DNA of 64,000 nucleotides, taken from the human T2T-CHM13v2.0 reference genome, Homo sapiens. The translations under genes and the position numbers were made by a program. Shown in pieces: positions 41,523-54,850 of the stretch (positions are counted from its first letter, which is position 1; each line of letters begins with the position of its first letter). The stretch lies in NCBI RefSeq assembly GCF_009914755.1, contig NC_060947.1. The stretch is one strand, 5' to 3'. A model generated the notes under the pieces. The model ran no database searches and was not told where the DNA came from. It saw only the letters and a list, made by a program, of their open reading frames with translations.

Positions 41523-42733
41523 AAAGAACTGGTCTTCAAGCTCTGAGATTATTTTCTCAACTTGATCTATTCTGCTGTAAATACTTCTGATTATGTTATG
41601 AAATTCTTGTAGTGAGTTTTTCAGCTTTATCAGTGCAGTTTGGTTCTTCTTAAAATGGCAATCTCATCTTTCATCTCTTGACTCATTTTACTAGATTCCT
41701 TGAAATGGGTTTCAAGTTTCTCCTGCATCTCAGTGATCTTTGTTGACATCCAGATTCTCAATTTTATGCTTGTCATTTTAGCCATTTCATTCTGATTAAC
41801 TGTTTCTAGGGAGCTAGTGCAGTTTTGGAGGTAAGAAGACATTCTGGCTTTTAGAGTTTCCAGGGTTCTTTCACTGGTTCTTTCTCATCTGTATGGGCTG
41901 ATGTTCCTTTAAATGTGGTACAATTTGAGTATGGCCAGTTGTCTTCATTTCTGGATGTTTTCAGAGGGCTGAGGCTTTCTGAAAGGCCCTTATTTGTGGT
42001 TGAATTCTGTCTTTTATTTCACAGGGGGGTATATTCACAAAGTATTTTGGCATTGAAGTTTGAGCTTCAATCCAGTAAATCCAGTAGATGGTGCTTAAGC
42101 ATAATGGATGGTAGGTAGGCCCTTAGCCAAGTGTCTTCTCTGTATTTTCTTGCATTTGTAGCCATGCTCCCTCTCAGTGCTCTGAGAGTGTGGGCTCCTT
42201 TCCCCCTCAATGCTGGCTGTAGACGTCGGCTTGACACTCCCAGTCTGTGTACTGCAGCTGTGGGGCTAGCTCAGGCTTTTGTTCCCTCCCCAACTTGGGG
42301 ACAGCATGGGCAGAGACCTTGGCACTGGCAATGGCAGAGGGCCTTTCACTTGTCCCTTGGTACTCCACCCCAGAGAAACACAGAGCAGCTACCAATCAGA
42401 AACATCAGCCTAGGGTGGGACAGCTGCATTGTGGGCCCAAACTGAGGAGCCCTGCCTGGTGAAGAGCAAGAGGGTGGGGGGCTTGCGGGGAAGACAGTCT
42501 GGCTTCTCTGTATGGTGGCTATGGCATGCTGGAGGTGCGAGTAAAGCACTCAGGCTCTTTGTTCCCTTCTTGGACTGGTGGTAGCAAGGGCAGGTACTGC
42601 TACATTGGCAGTAGCAGAGGGGCTGTCAGATACCTCTGGGAATTCCACCCCAGAGAGACACAAAACATTGCAAAGGGGAACCTTCAGGCCAGGGTGAGGT
42701 AGCTACACTGCAGGCCCATGCCAGGGGTCCTTC

Positions 42734-43298
42734 TGATAAGGACAGGAGAGAGGGAAATACTGGGTAGAAGATGGCAGTTTCCTGGCAAAGGCCCCACCCT
42801 CAAACCTGAAGACCCACAACCCTAAATGAAGACAGACATTCCTGTTTTTGCACCCAAAAAGTTGCCTTTTGGCCCACCATGACCCCTGTCCTGCACCCAT
42901 ATAAACCTCAAACCCCAGGCTCCAGAAGCAGACCAGCAAGCCAGCAGATCAGCAGACAATGGCAGAATGACACAGCAGAGAAAGAGAGAAGAGGAGGATC
43001 ATCTGAACACCAAGAGGAGTTCCACTGAAGTGGTTGGAGAGGAGTCCACTGGGGGACCCAACTCCAGGGGTATATCACCTTCCCATTCCATCCCCTTCTT
43101 CTAGCTCCCCATGCATCCTGCGGAAAGCCACCTCCACCACTCGGTAAAACTCCGCATTCATCCTTCAGGCCCATGTGTGACCCTATTTTTCTTGGATACT
43201 GGGTGAGAACTTGGGATACAGAAAGCTGTCACATTGGCCCTCTGCCCTTGCAAAAAGACAGAGGGCCTATTGAGCTGAATAACACTCAAGCAAAGCTG
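42734..43298 (+). mobile_element. LTR1-like ERV1 LTR, 3'-truncated, inside the L1 5'UTR
   Basis: Starts TGATAAGGACAGGAGAGAGGGAAATACTGGGTAGAAG...AAAGGCCCCACCCTCAA, with a TATA-like CATATAAA at about 42898. Confidence 0.75.
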
Positions 43299-44250
43299 AC
43301 ACTGCTGCAGTGGCAATGGAGAAGAACTTGTGGGATTCTCTGCCTCTGGGATTTCCTCCTCAGAGAAATGCAGTATTGCCACCCACTGAAATGTTCAGGC
43401 AGGGTTGACGTAGCTATACTGGAGGCGCAGGTTAGGAGGTCCACCCCAGTAAAGAATAGGAGGGGCAGGGACTCATGGGAAAAACTGTTTGGCTGCTTTT
43501 CCATAAGGCAGCTGTGGTTTGCTGGAGGCCTATGATAGAACTTAGGCTCTTTCCTCCCTCCCTCCATAGACTGAGGGCTGTATGAGTGGGGGCTGTGGCA
43601 GCTGCAACAATGGTGGGCCTGTCAGTTGCCTCTGGGACCTCCATCCCAGAGAAATGCAGATCTTCTATGGGTCCAAGTGCTCAGGAAGGGGTAGGGTGAC
43701 TGCACTGGGGTCCTAGGCCAGTTGACTATGCCTGACAAGGTGTACCAGAGACAAGGCCTGTAGTTCATCTGCTCCTCAGCACCATGGGTGTAGTCACTAT
43801 CCTGGGGGCATGCAAGCTGGAGCTGGGGTGCTTAGGGATTCAAGGACCTTGGGCTCCATGGAGGCCTGAGCAGCAGCTCTTTCCAGCTTCCATGCAGCTC
43901 TCAATTCAGTCTGGAGGCCCTGGGAGGAGGGAGCAAGGGAGAATTTCCTATGCCCAGGATTGCAAAAGTCTGTGGCAGAAGTGTCAGTCTCTAGGGGTTC
44001 TCACTCACTCATTTCCCACGGTGGTAAGCCTCTCTTGGCTCTGCACCAGCCCTGAGTGGGTGGCTGTCCTGTCTTGCTTTTCTCTGCTCTACATGGTTCA
44101 CATTGCTTCTTTGATGACTCTCAAGAAAGCAATGTTCAGGATGTCCTCCTGAACATTCCAGCTGAAGAGCTAGTGTTAACTAGCCAGTCTCATCTGCTTT
44201 CTGTGAGAGTGGCACACACTAGCTACTTCTAGTCAGTCACCTTGTCCAAG

Positions 44251-44324
44251 AAAAATTTGAAGTTAAGATTTTAACATATGAATTTTTTTTGGAGGGGGGC
44301 GGATACAAACATTCAGTCCATAAC
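44251..44324 (-). mobile_element. MLT1 LTR 5'-terminal remnant
   Basis: The minus strand reads TGTTATGGACTGAATGTTTGTATCC...AAATTCATATGTTAAAATC. Confidence 0.7.
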
Positions 44325-44610
44325 ACTTCATGATAAAAACACTCAAACAACTAGAAAAAGAAGGGAACTTCCTCAACCTACTGCATCTATGAAAAACCTA
44401 CAAATGTCATTATACATAATGGTGAGGGACTGAATGCTGTCCCCCAAGATCAGGAAGAAGAAAAATATGTTCACTCTTTCCACTTCCATTCAACACTGTA
44501 CTGAAGTTTCAAGCCAGGACAATCAGGCAATAAAACAAAATAGAGTATTCTGGCAGTCGTTCAAATTATTAAACATAGAGTTACCTCGTATGACACAAAT
44601 TTCACCATCT
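44325..44610 (+). mobile_element. L1M ORF2 fragments, + strand
   Basis: catgataaaaacactcaaacaactagaaaaagaagggaacttcctcaacc...ttcaacactgtactgaagtt. Confidence 0.7.
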
Positions 44611-46900
44611 CCTTGACTCTCTTTTTAATTGTCATTCTAGTAAGTATGTAGTGGTATCTCATTGTGGTTTTAATATACATTTCCGTAATGACTAATGATG
44701 CCAAGAATCTTCTCATGTGTTTATTTGCTGTCTATGTATCTTCATAGGTTTAAAGTTTATTTAAATCCTTTGTTCATTTGTTCATTTAGGTGTTCATTTT
44801 CTTATTATTGAGTTTTGAAAGTTGTTTATATATTCTAGAATTAAATCCTTTATTAGCTATATTATTTATATGCTTTGCAAATATGTTCTCTCAGTCTACA
44901 CCTTGTATGCATTCTCTGACAGTGTCTTTCAAAGAACAGAAATGTTTATTTTGATAAAGTTCAATTTATCATTTTTATTTCTCTTCTATTAATCATGACT
45001 TTGGTGTTGTAGCAAAGAAATCTTTGCTTAACTGAAGGTCACAATTTTCTCCTATGCTTACTTCCAGAAGTTTCACAATTTTAGGTTTTATATTTATGTC
45101 TGTGATTCGAGTTAATTTTCTTAAATGGTGTAAAGTATGGAACCAAGGTTATGTTTTATTTTTTGTGTGTTTTTCCATATAGATATCCAATTGCTCCAGC
45201 ATCATTTATTGCAATGTACTGTACTTTCATCTACATTATTTATTTTATTGCCTTTGTTCTTTCATCTACATTAAATTGATCATATCTTCTGGTTCATTGA
45301 TCTATTTTTCTATATTTATGTCACTACCTTGCTTTCTGTAGCTTTATAATAAGTCTTGAATTCAGGTGGTGAAAATCCTTTAACTTTTTTCTCCTTTTTC
45401 AAAGTTCTGGTTATTGTAGGTTCTTTGAATTTCCATACGAATTATAAGACCAGTTTGTCAATTTCTTAAAAGAACTGCTGGACTTTTAAATGGGACTATG
45501 TTGACTCTGTACATTAATTTGGGGAGCATTGACACATTAACAATCCATGAATATGTTACAGATCCCCATTTAGTTATGTTTGCCTCAATTTTCTTAGCAA
45601 TATTTTACAGCTTTCAGTGTACAGTTCTTTTGCATGTTTTGTCAAATGTATCCCTATATATTTTTAAGCTATTGTAAATGGTATTGTAATGGTATTGTTT
45701 TTAAATTTCAATTTCTGAATGTTCTTTGCTACTATTTAGAACTACAATTAATTGTTGTACATTGATCTTGTATCTGCTAAATTCAATTATTAGTTCAAAT
45801 AGTTTTCTTGCAGATTCAATCAGATTTTCTACCTAGATATACATGTCATCTGCAAATAAAGATAATTTAATTTTTATTTTAAATCTAGATGCTTTTTATT
45901 TCTTTCACTTTTCTTATTTACACTGGTGAAAACCTTCACTACAATGTTGAAGCAGTGGTCTTTAGCAGACTAAAGAATCCTTCTATTCTTAGTTTACTGA
46001 GCATTTTTATCAGGAATGGATGTTGGATTTTGTCAATGCAAGGTTAGCTGAACATTTGAAAATCAATGTAATTTACCATATTAACAGACTACAAAAGAAA
46101 AGTATATAATCACCTCAATAGGAAACATTTGACAAAATCCAATTCAATTTTCTGTAAGAGTTTGCAAATTGCTATTATTTCTTTTTCTAATGTTTAGTAG
46201 GATTCGCCAGTGAATCTACATGGCTCCAGAGTTGTCTTTGCAGGAAGGTGATTAACTACAAATTCAATTTCTGTAATAGATATAGCTTATTCAAATTTTC
46301 TATAGCTTTTCCAGTGAGATTTGATACTTTGCATCTTTCACAGAATTTTACCACTATATCTAACTTAGTAATATTATTGACAAAATATTATTGGTAATAG
46401 TCCCTTATTTTTTTTACCATCTAATGTATCTGAAGAGATGTCACCTCTGTCACTCCTGACGTTAGTAATTTGTGTCATCTCTATGTTTTCTTACTAGTCT
46501 GGCCAGAAGCTTATCAATTTTACTGATCTTTAAGAACTATCCATTTCATTGATTTTAAAAAATATTCTGCTGTATTTTATTTCATTGATTTCTTCTCTGA
46601 TTTTTATTATTTTTTTCTGCTTAATTTATGTTTTATTTGCTTTTCTTAATCTAATTTTTAAATATTAGTGCTGATGTAATTGATTTGAAACCTCTCTTCA
46701 TTTCCAATATAAGCATTTTTTAAGAAGACAAAAATATAGCTATTTATTCTTTTTCAGTAAGTTTCATTACTACTAAGGTATAAGCGTTTAAATTGTTTGT
46801 GTAAGCAGTTATTCTTTTTACCCCAGTTTTACATTTTGTACCACGAGTTACAACCTCCCACACAGCATAAAACAAAATATCATTTAAAATGTGATATCCT

Positions 46901-47232
<332 letters not shown>

Positions 47233-47274
47233 TTAGAATATATTGCATCTAAATTAAAAACATATTTAAATTTT

Positions 47275-47505
47275 TAAAAATAATTTCAACTTTTATTTTA
47301 GATTCAGGGGGTACATGTGCAGATTTGTTACATGGGTATATTGTGTGATGCTGAAGTTTTGGGTATGAATGATCCCACAACCCAGGTAGTGAGCATAGTA
47401 CCCAACAGGTAGTTTTACAGCCCTTACTCCCCTAGCTCTAACCCCTCTCTTGTAGTCCCCAGTGTCTATTGTTGCCAACTTTATGTCCATGTGCACCCAA
47501 TGTTT
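47275..47505 (-). mobile_element. L1PA15/16 3'-end insertion carrying a 3' transduction to 46716
   Basis: Reverse 3'UTR aatttcaacttttattttagattcagggggtacatgtgcag...gtagtgagcatagtaccc. Confidence 0.9.
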
Positions 47506-48396
47506 CTAATATAAACTTTTTGATACTTATAAATTTCCCTCTAATGACTACTTAAGCTGCATTCTACAAATTTTAATATGTCGTATTTTTATTTCTGTTT
47601 ATTTTTGGATACCTTATAATTTCTCTTTTGGTTGATTTTATCAACCCATTGGTTATTTGAAAGTGTGTTGTTTACTTGCAAATAGTTGAGGATTTTTCCA
47701 GTTATATTTCTAGCATTGATTTCTAATTTAATTCCATGTTGTCAAAGAACATAAGTTGTGTTCTTAAATTCATGTTCTAGAATATGATTTATTTTGTTAA
47801 ATGTTCTGTGTACACTAAAAATAATTTGTATTTTGCTGTTGAGTGGAATGTTCTATAAATGTCAATTAGATTAGCTTGGCTGAGACTGTTGTTCAAATCT
47901 CCAATAATCTAATTGATTTTCTGTCTACTCGCTCTGTCAATTATTGATAGAGGGGTATTGAAATCTGTAATTGTGAATTTGTCTATTTTTCTTTGAAATT
48001 CTATTAGTTTTTGTTTTTTGAGTTTTGAAGCTCCATTTTAAGGTTTATGAACATTTAAGATTCTTATGTCCTCTTGATGAATGGACTCCTTTATCATTAT
48101 AAAATTACTCTCTTTACCCCGGTAATATTTTTGTTCTGAAATCTACTTTGTCTAATATTAATAAGGCCACTCCAGCTTTCCTTTCATTAGTATTTGCAAG
48201 ATATTTCATTTTCTGTCTGTTTGCTTTTAGATGGTTTGTGCCTTTACGTTTAAAGTTGTTTCCTCCTAGGGAGCATATAATTGGCTCATGCTTTTTTTTA
48301 AATTGAATCTGAGAATCTGTTCTTTAATTGGTATTGTGAAACCATTTATATTTAATCTTATTATTGATATGATTGTGTTTAAATTTATCCTTTTGA

Positions 48397-48767
<371 letters not shown>

Positions 48768-49310
48768 ACTAATGAGTAATTTTTATACTTTCATTTTATA
48801 TCGTTTGTTTTCTTATTCATTATAACTATTTGTTATGTTTCTTTAGTGGTTGCTTTAGGATAGATTTATAGTATACATCTTTAACTTGTCACAACATGCT
48901 TTCAAGTGATGTTATTACCACTTAATGCATAGTATAAGAACCTCAATACAGTATACTTTTAATTGTCTTCTTCCAAGCTTTTTTATATTGTCCACATTAC
49001 ATTCTGTAATACTTCTACATACACTATAAACCCCACAATACATTGTTATTATTTTTGCTTTAAATGGTCAATTATCTTTTACAGAGGTTAAGAAAAAAAT
49101 GTCAATCATACTTACTCATGCCAATAAATTTCCCATATTTTTCATTCTTTATAGATCCAGATTTACATCTGGTATGATATTCCTTCTGCTAAAAGAAATT
49201 CATTAAAAATTTATTGTCGTGCAATTCTGTGGGTAATGCGTTATTTCAGCTTTTGTATGTCTGAAAACGTTCTTATTTTGTCTTCATTGTTGAAAGATAT
49301 TTTAGCTGAA

Positions 49311-49718
49311 TTTGATGGCGAGTTTATATGTTAACTTGGCTAGGCTATATAATACCACATTATTCAAGTAAAGACGAATCTACTTGCTGCTGTTAAAATA
49401 TTTTTTTAGATGTAGATAACATCTACAATTGGTTGAAATTAAGTAAAGGAGATTATCTTCAATAATCTGGATGGGCCTTATCCGATTACTTAAATGGCCT
49501 TAAGAACAAAACAGGTTTCCTTGAGCAGGAAAATATTCTGCTTCAAGAATGCAGCATCAGCTCCTGCCTGAGAATTCCCAGCCTACAACTCTGTTCTATG
49601 GATTTAGGGACTGCCATTCACCAAAACTGCATGAGCCAATTCCTTAAAATAACTAGCAACTCCCCCACTACCCCTCTCTCCTACTGGCCCTGTTTTCCTA
49701 AGAACACTCATTGGTATG
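49311..49718 (+). mobile_element. MLT2D-like ERVL LTR
   Basis: tgatggcgagtttatatgttaacttggctaggcta...aagtaaaggagattatc...tgagccaattccttaaaataa. TSD CTGAA (49306-49310) / CTGGA (49719-49723). Confidence 0.8.
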
Positions 49719-49984
49719 CTGGATAAAAATTCTAGGTCACAGGATTTTTTTCTTTCAGCATTTTAAAGAAGTTACTCCACTCTCTCCTCATTTGCATTTT
49801 TTCTGATGAGAAATGTGCTGACCTCCTTATTTTTACTCTTCTATGTATATTCTATTTTTTTGTCTGCTTTTAAGATTTTTTTGTTTATTGCTAGTTTTAA
49901 GTAATTTGATTATCATGTATCTTGGTATTAATTTACTTCATGTTTCTTATTCTTGGGTATGTTTGGGTTTCATGAAGTTGTAGG

Positions 49985-52247
49985 TGTATTAGTTCATTCT
50001 CATGCTGCTAATAAAGACGTACTGATACTGAGCAATTTATAAAGGAAAGAGGTTTTATTGACTCACAGTTTTGCATGGCTGGGAGGCCTAGGAAACTTAT
50101 AATCATGGCAGAAAGGGAAGCAAACACGTCTTTCTTCACATGGCAACAGCAAGGAGAACTGCTCAGCAAAAGGGGGAAAAGCCCCTTATAAAACCATCAA
50201 ATCACTCACTATAGTAATAGCAGCATGGGGTAACTGCCTCCATGATTCAATTACCTCGTATTGGGTCCCTCCCACAATACATGGGAGCTAGAATTCAAGA
50301 TGAGATTTGGGTGGGGACACAGCCAAACCATACCATTCCACCCCTGGCCCCTTCCAAATCTCATGTTCTCACATTTCAAAACCAATCATGCCTTCTCAAC
50401 AGTCCCCTACAGTCTTAATTCATTCCAGCATTAACTGAAAGTCAAACTCAAAAGACTCATCCAAGACAAGACAAGTTCCTTCCACCTATGAGCCTGTAAA
50501 ATCAAAAGCAAGTTAGTTACTTCCTAGCTACAATGGAGGTACAGGAATTGGTTAAATACAACCATTCCAAATGGGAGAAATTGGCCAAAACAAAGGGGCT
50601 ACAGGCCCCATGCAAGCCTGAAATCCAATAGGGCTGTCATTAAACCTTAAAGTTCCAAAATGATCTCCTTTGACTCCGTGTCTCACATCCAGGTCACACT
50701 GATGCACGAGGTAGGCTCCCATGGTCTTGGGCACCTCCACCCCTGTGGCTTTGTGAGGTACAGCCTCCCTCCTGGCTCATTTCATGAGATGGCACTGAGT
50801 GTCTGTGGCTTTTCCATTTGCACAGTGCAAGCTGTTGGTGGATGTAACATTCTGGGGTTTGGAGGACAGTGGCCCTCTTCTCACAGCTCCACTAGGCAGT
50901 GCCCCAGTGGGGTCTCTGTGTGGAGGCTCTCACCCCACATTTCCCTTGCACACTGCCCTAGCAGAGGTTCTACATCCAGGCATTTCCATACATCCTCTGA
51001 AATCTAGGTGGAAGTTCTCAAACTTCAATTCTTGACTTCTGTGCACCAGCAGGCCCAACATCACGTGTAAGCCACCAAGGCTTGGAGCTTGCACCCTCTG
51101 AAGCAATAGCCTGAGCTGGCCCCTTTTAGCCATGGCTGGAGCTGAAGCAGCTGGAATGAAGGGCACCATGTCCCAAGGCTGCATAGAGCAGGGGGTCCCT
51201 GGGCCTGGCCCATGAAACCATTTTCCCCTCCTAGGCTTCCAGGTCTGTGATGGGAGGGGCTGCCGTAAAGGACTCTGACATGCCCTGGAGACATTTTCCC
51301 CATTGTCTTGGTGATTAACATTTTGCACCTAGTCACTCATGCAAATTTCTGCAGCAAGCTTGAATTTCTCCCCAGAAAATGGGGTTTTCTTCTTTATCAC
51401 ATAGTCAGGCTGCACATTTTCCAAATTTTTATGTTCTGCTTCCTCTTCAACACTTTTCTGCTTAGAAATTTCTTCTGCCAGATACCCTAAATCAACTCTC
51501 TCAAGTTTAAAGTTCCACAAATCTCTAGGGCAGAGGCAAAATGCTGCCAGTCTCTCTCTATAACAAGAGTGATCTTTACTCCAGTTCCCAACAAGTTCTT
51601 CATTTCCATCTGAGACCACCTTAGCCTGGACTTTATTGTCCATATCACTATCAGTATTCTGGTCAAAGACATTCAACAAGTCTCTAAGAAGTTCCAAAGT
51701 TTCCCACATCTTGTCTTCTGAGCCCTCCAAGTCTCTAGTAAGTTCCAAACTTTCCCTCTTTTTTGTCTTCTTCTGAGCCCTCCAAACTGTTCCAACCTCT
51801 GCCTTTTACTCAATTCCACAGTCACTTCCACATTTTCAGGTATCTTGATAGCAACATTCCACTACCCAGTACCAATTTACTGTATTAGTCCATTCTGATG
51901 CTTCTAATAATGACATACCCAATACTGGGTAATTTATAAAGGAAAGAGATTTAAGTGACTCACAGTTCTGCATGGCTGGGGAGGCCTCAGGAAACTTACA
52001 ATCATGGCAGAGGAGGAAGCAAACATTTCCTTATTCCAGTGGTGGCAGCAAGGAGAAGTCCACAGCAAAAGTGGAAAAAGCCCCTTATAAAATTATCAGG
52101 TCACTCACTATCCACAGAACACCAGCATGGGGGTAACCACCCCAATAACTCAACTACCTCCCGCTGGGTCCCTCCCATAACATATGAGGATTGTGGGAGC
52201 TACAATTCAGAATGAAGTTTGGATGGGGACACAGCCAAACCATATCA
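49985..52247 (-). mobile_element. Full-length THE1C-like MaLR: 5'LTR 52247-51881, internal 51880-50336, 3'LTR 50335-49985
   Basis: Two homologous LTRs (TGATATGGTTTGGCTGTGTCCCC...CTAATACA on minus). The internal region starts GTAAATTGGTACTGG and holds a decayed MaLR ORF (WETLELLRDLLN...EELVGNWSK...LWNFKLER, 51329-51748). Confidence 0.93.
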
Positions 52248-54244
52248 GTTGTTTTATAGCTTATATCAAATTTGAAAAAAGTTTCATTCATTATTACTTC
52301 AAATATATTTTCTGCTTTCTTCTCTACCTTACCCTCTCTTCTTCCAGGAATCTAATTACATATATAGTAGGGTGCTCAAAATTGTCACACAGCTCACTGA
52401 TGTTTTGTTCATTTTTCTTTATCTTTAGTCTATGTTTTTATTTTGGATATTTGCTATTGCTAGTCTTCAAATTCACTAACCATTTTTGATTTTTAATTTT
52501 TGTGAGCACACAGTAGTGGGGGTGGAGGTGTAAAGATTATTAATGGGTATAAAACAACAGAAAAAAAAAGACCTGTTATTTGATAGCATAACAGGGTGAC
52601 TATAGTCAACAATAACTTATTTGTACATTTCAAAATTGTACATTTTTTAAAAAGAGTGCAATTGGATTATTTGTACCACAAGGATAAATGCTTGAAGGGA
52701 TGGCTGCCCCATTCTCCATGATGTGATTATCATGCTTTGTATGCCTGTATTAAAACATCTCATGTCAACTGAGGGGCAAGATGGTCTACTGGAGACAGCC
52801 AGGAAGAACATCTGCCACCAAGAGACTGGGACATCAGGAAGATTGGCGCACTACTAGCAGATCGTCAGAGAGAAGGCATTGAGAGTGGATGGAGGAAAGA
52901 CACAGATGCTGGAATGAATGAGGAGGCAGCTAGGAACCCTGAATAGTGATAAAACACACTGGGACTCAGTCCTGGTCCCCAATGACTCCTGGGGAATGGG
53001 TAAGTTAAACAGGCAAAGAACAACCCATTCTCACCACAGGCCCCTGGAATCCCAGCAGAAGGAGACCCTGTGGTCACCATGGACACTTGAGTTCACAGGG
53101 AAAGCTGCTTAGAGAAGTGTTAGGGGCAGAACTCCAGCTGGCGCAGAGCCCAGAGGGTTTAGTGTGGGAGAATCTGTAGTGGAACACTGCCAGGGAAGCC
53201 CATCTGCCTAGGCTCAACTTGCTCCTATAGAAGACTTTAGCTGTAGAGGAACTATGGGACCTGAACTCTGAAGGGTAGTCCTGCCCATGAGAGAGGCCCA
53301 GTCCAAGCTGAGCATGTGTCAGTCTGCTGGCCTCTCCTGGGACTCAGCCTGGCCATGCTTGCTTGCACAGCAGCCTCCGGTGCCCAGGGGGCATACCCCC
53401 TTGGGGCCTGCATCATAGCTTCTGAACTGGCAGACTATGCCTGACCAGCAGAGAGCCTCTACAGAGTGACCCCTATGGACATGCACCAGCCTGCCCATGC
53501 CCTCCCCCTACTGCAGCCTCCCCCATGTCACTTTGCCTGCATACACTTGCCCACAGCCACCTTCAACATCACTTTGCCAGTGCATGTTTGCACAGGTGAA
53601 CTTTGCCTTTCCTTCTCTACCAGTGCAAATGTGTGTGTGCACCCTGTGGTGCCACTGCTGCCAAAATTTGTCCACCCCTGCCCCTCGTCCATCATACTGC
53701 CAAGATTCTTGTGTTGAACCCTGGCTCCCTAAAATGTTCCAGAAACAAAACCAGTTGACTGAACCCACCTTATATCATAATCAAACCTTCAAGGTCATCA
53801 AATAGGACAAAGGAAATAAAAAATTTCCTAAGGACAGCAATTTCAATGACTGATGGAACGTCAGCCCATAAAGTTGAGAATGAACCAGTGCAAGAACTCT
53901 GACAACTCAAAAAGCCAGAATGTCTTCTTTCCTCCAACAATGGCACTAATTCTCCAGCAAGGGTTTTTAACCAGGCTGAGATGGCTGAAATGACAGAAAT
54001 AGAATTCAGACTATGAATAGGAACAAAGATCATCAAGATTTAAGAGAATGTTGAAACACAATCTGAGGAAGCTAAAATCACAATAAAATGATACAAGAGC
54101 TGACAGGTAAAATAGCCAGTATAGAAAAATAATGTAAGTGACCTGATATAGCTGAAAAACACACTATAAGAATTTCATGATGCAATAGCAATTGTTAACA
54201 GCAGAATAGACCAAGCTAAGGAAAAAATCTCAGAGCTTGAAGAT

Positions 54245-54655
54245 TTGTTTTCTGAAATAAGACAGTCAGTCCCCGAAAGACATGGGGAGAAAGAAAGCAA
54301 CTTGGAAAACATGTTTCAGAATACCCATGAGAACTTCCCCAACGTAGCTAGAGAGGCCAATGTTCAAACTCAAGAAATGCAGAGAATCTCCAAAAGATAC
54401 TTCACAAGAAGATCATCACCAAGACATATAATCATCAGATTCTCCAAGGTTGAAATGAAAGAAAAAATGTTAAAGATAGCTAGAGACAAAGGACAAGTCA
54501 CCTATCAAGAGAAGCCCATCGGGCTAACAATAGACCTCTCAGCTGAAACCCTACAAGCCAGAAGAGACTGGGGACCAAAATTCAACATCCTTAAAGAAAA
54601 GAAATTCCAATCAAGAATTTCATATCCAGCCAAACTACACTTCCCAATCAAATAA
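54245..54655 (+). pseudogene. L1 ORF1p RRM/CTD fragment
   Basis: ENFPNVAREANVQTQEMQR...SPRHIIIRFSKVEMKEKML...DLSAETLQARRDWG...RISYPAKL. Confidence 0.9.
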
Positions 54656-54850
54656 AATTCTTTTCAGATAAGCAAATGTTGAGGGAATTTATAACTGTCA
54701 GATCTGCCTTACAAGAGCTCCTGAAAGAAACATTAAATATGGAAAGGAAAGATCATCACCAGCCACTACAAAAACATACTTACATACATGAAATAGTCAC
54801 ACTATAAAGCAACCATACAAAGAAGTCTGCATAATAATAATAATACTTTG

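Noticed and set aside
42300-43700. Dispersed direct repeats in a GC-rich region
   Set aside because: They are explained by the repeated units of old primate L1 5'UTRs.
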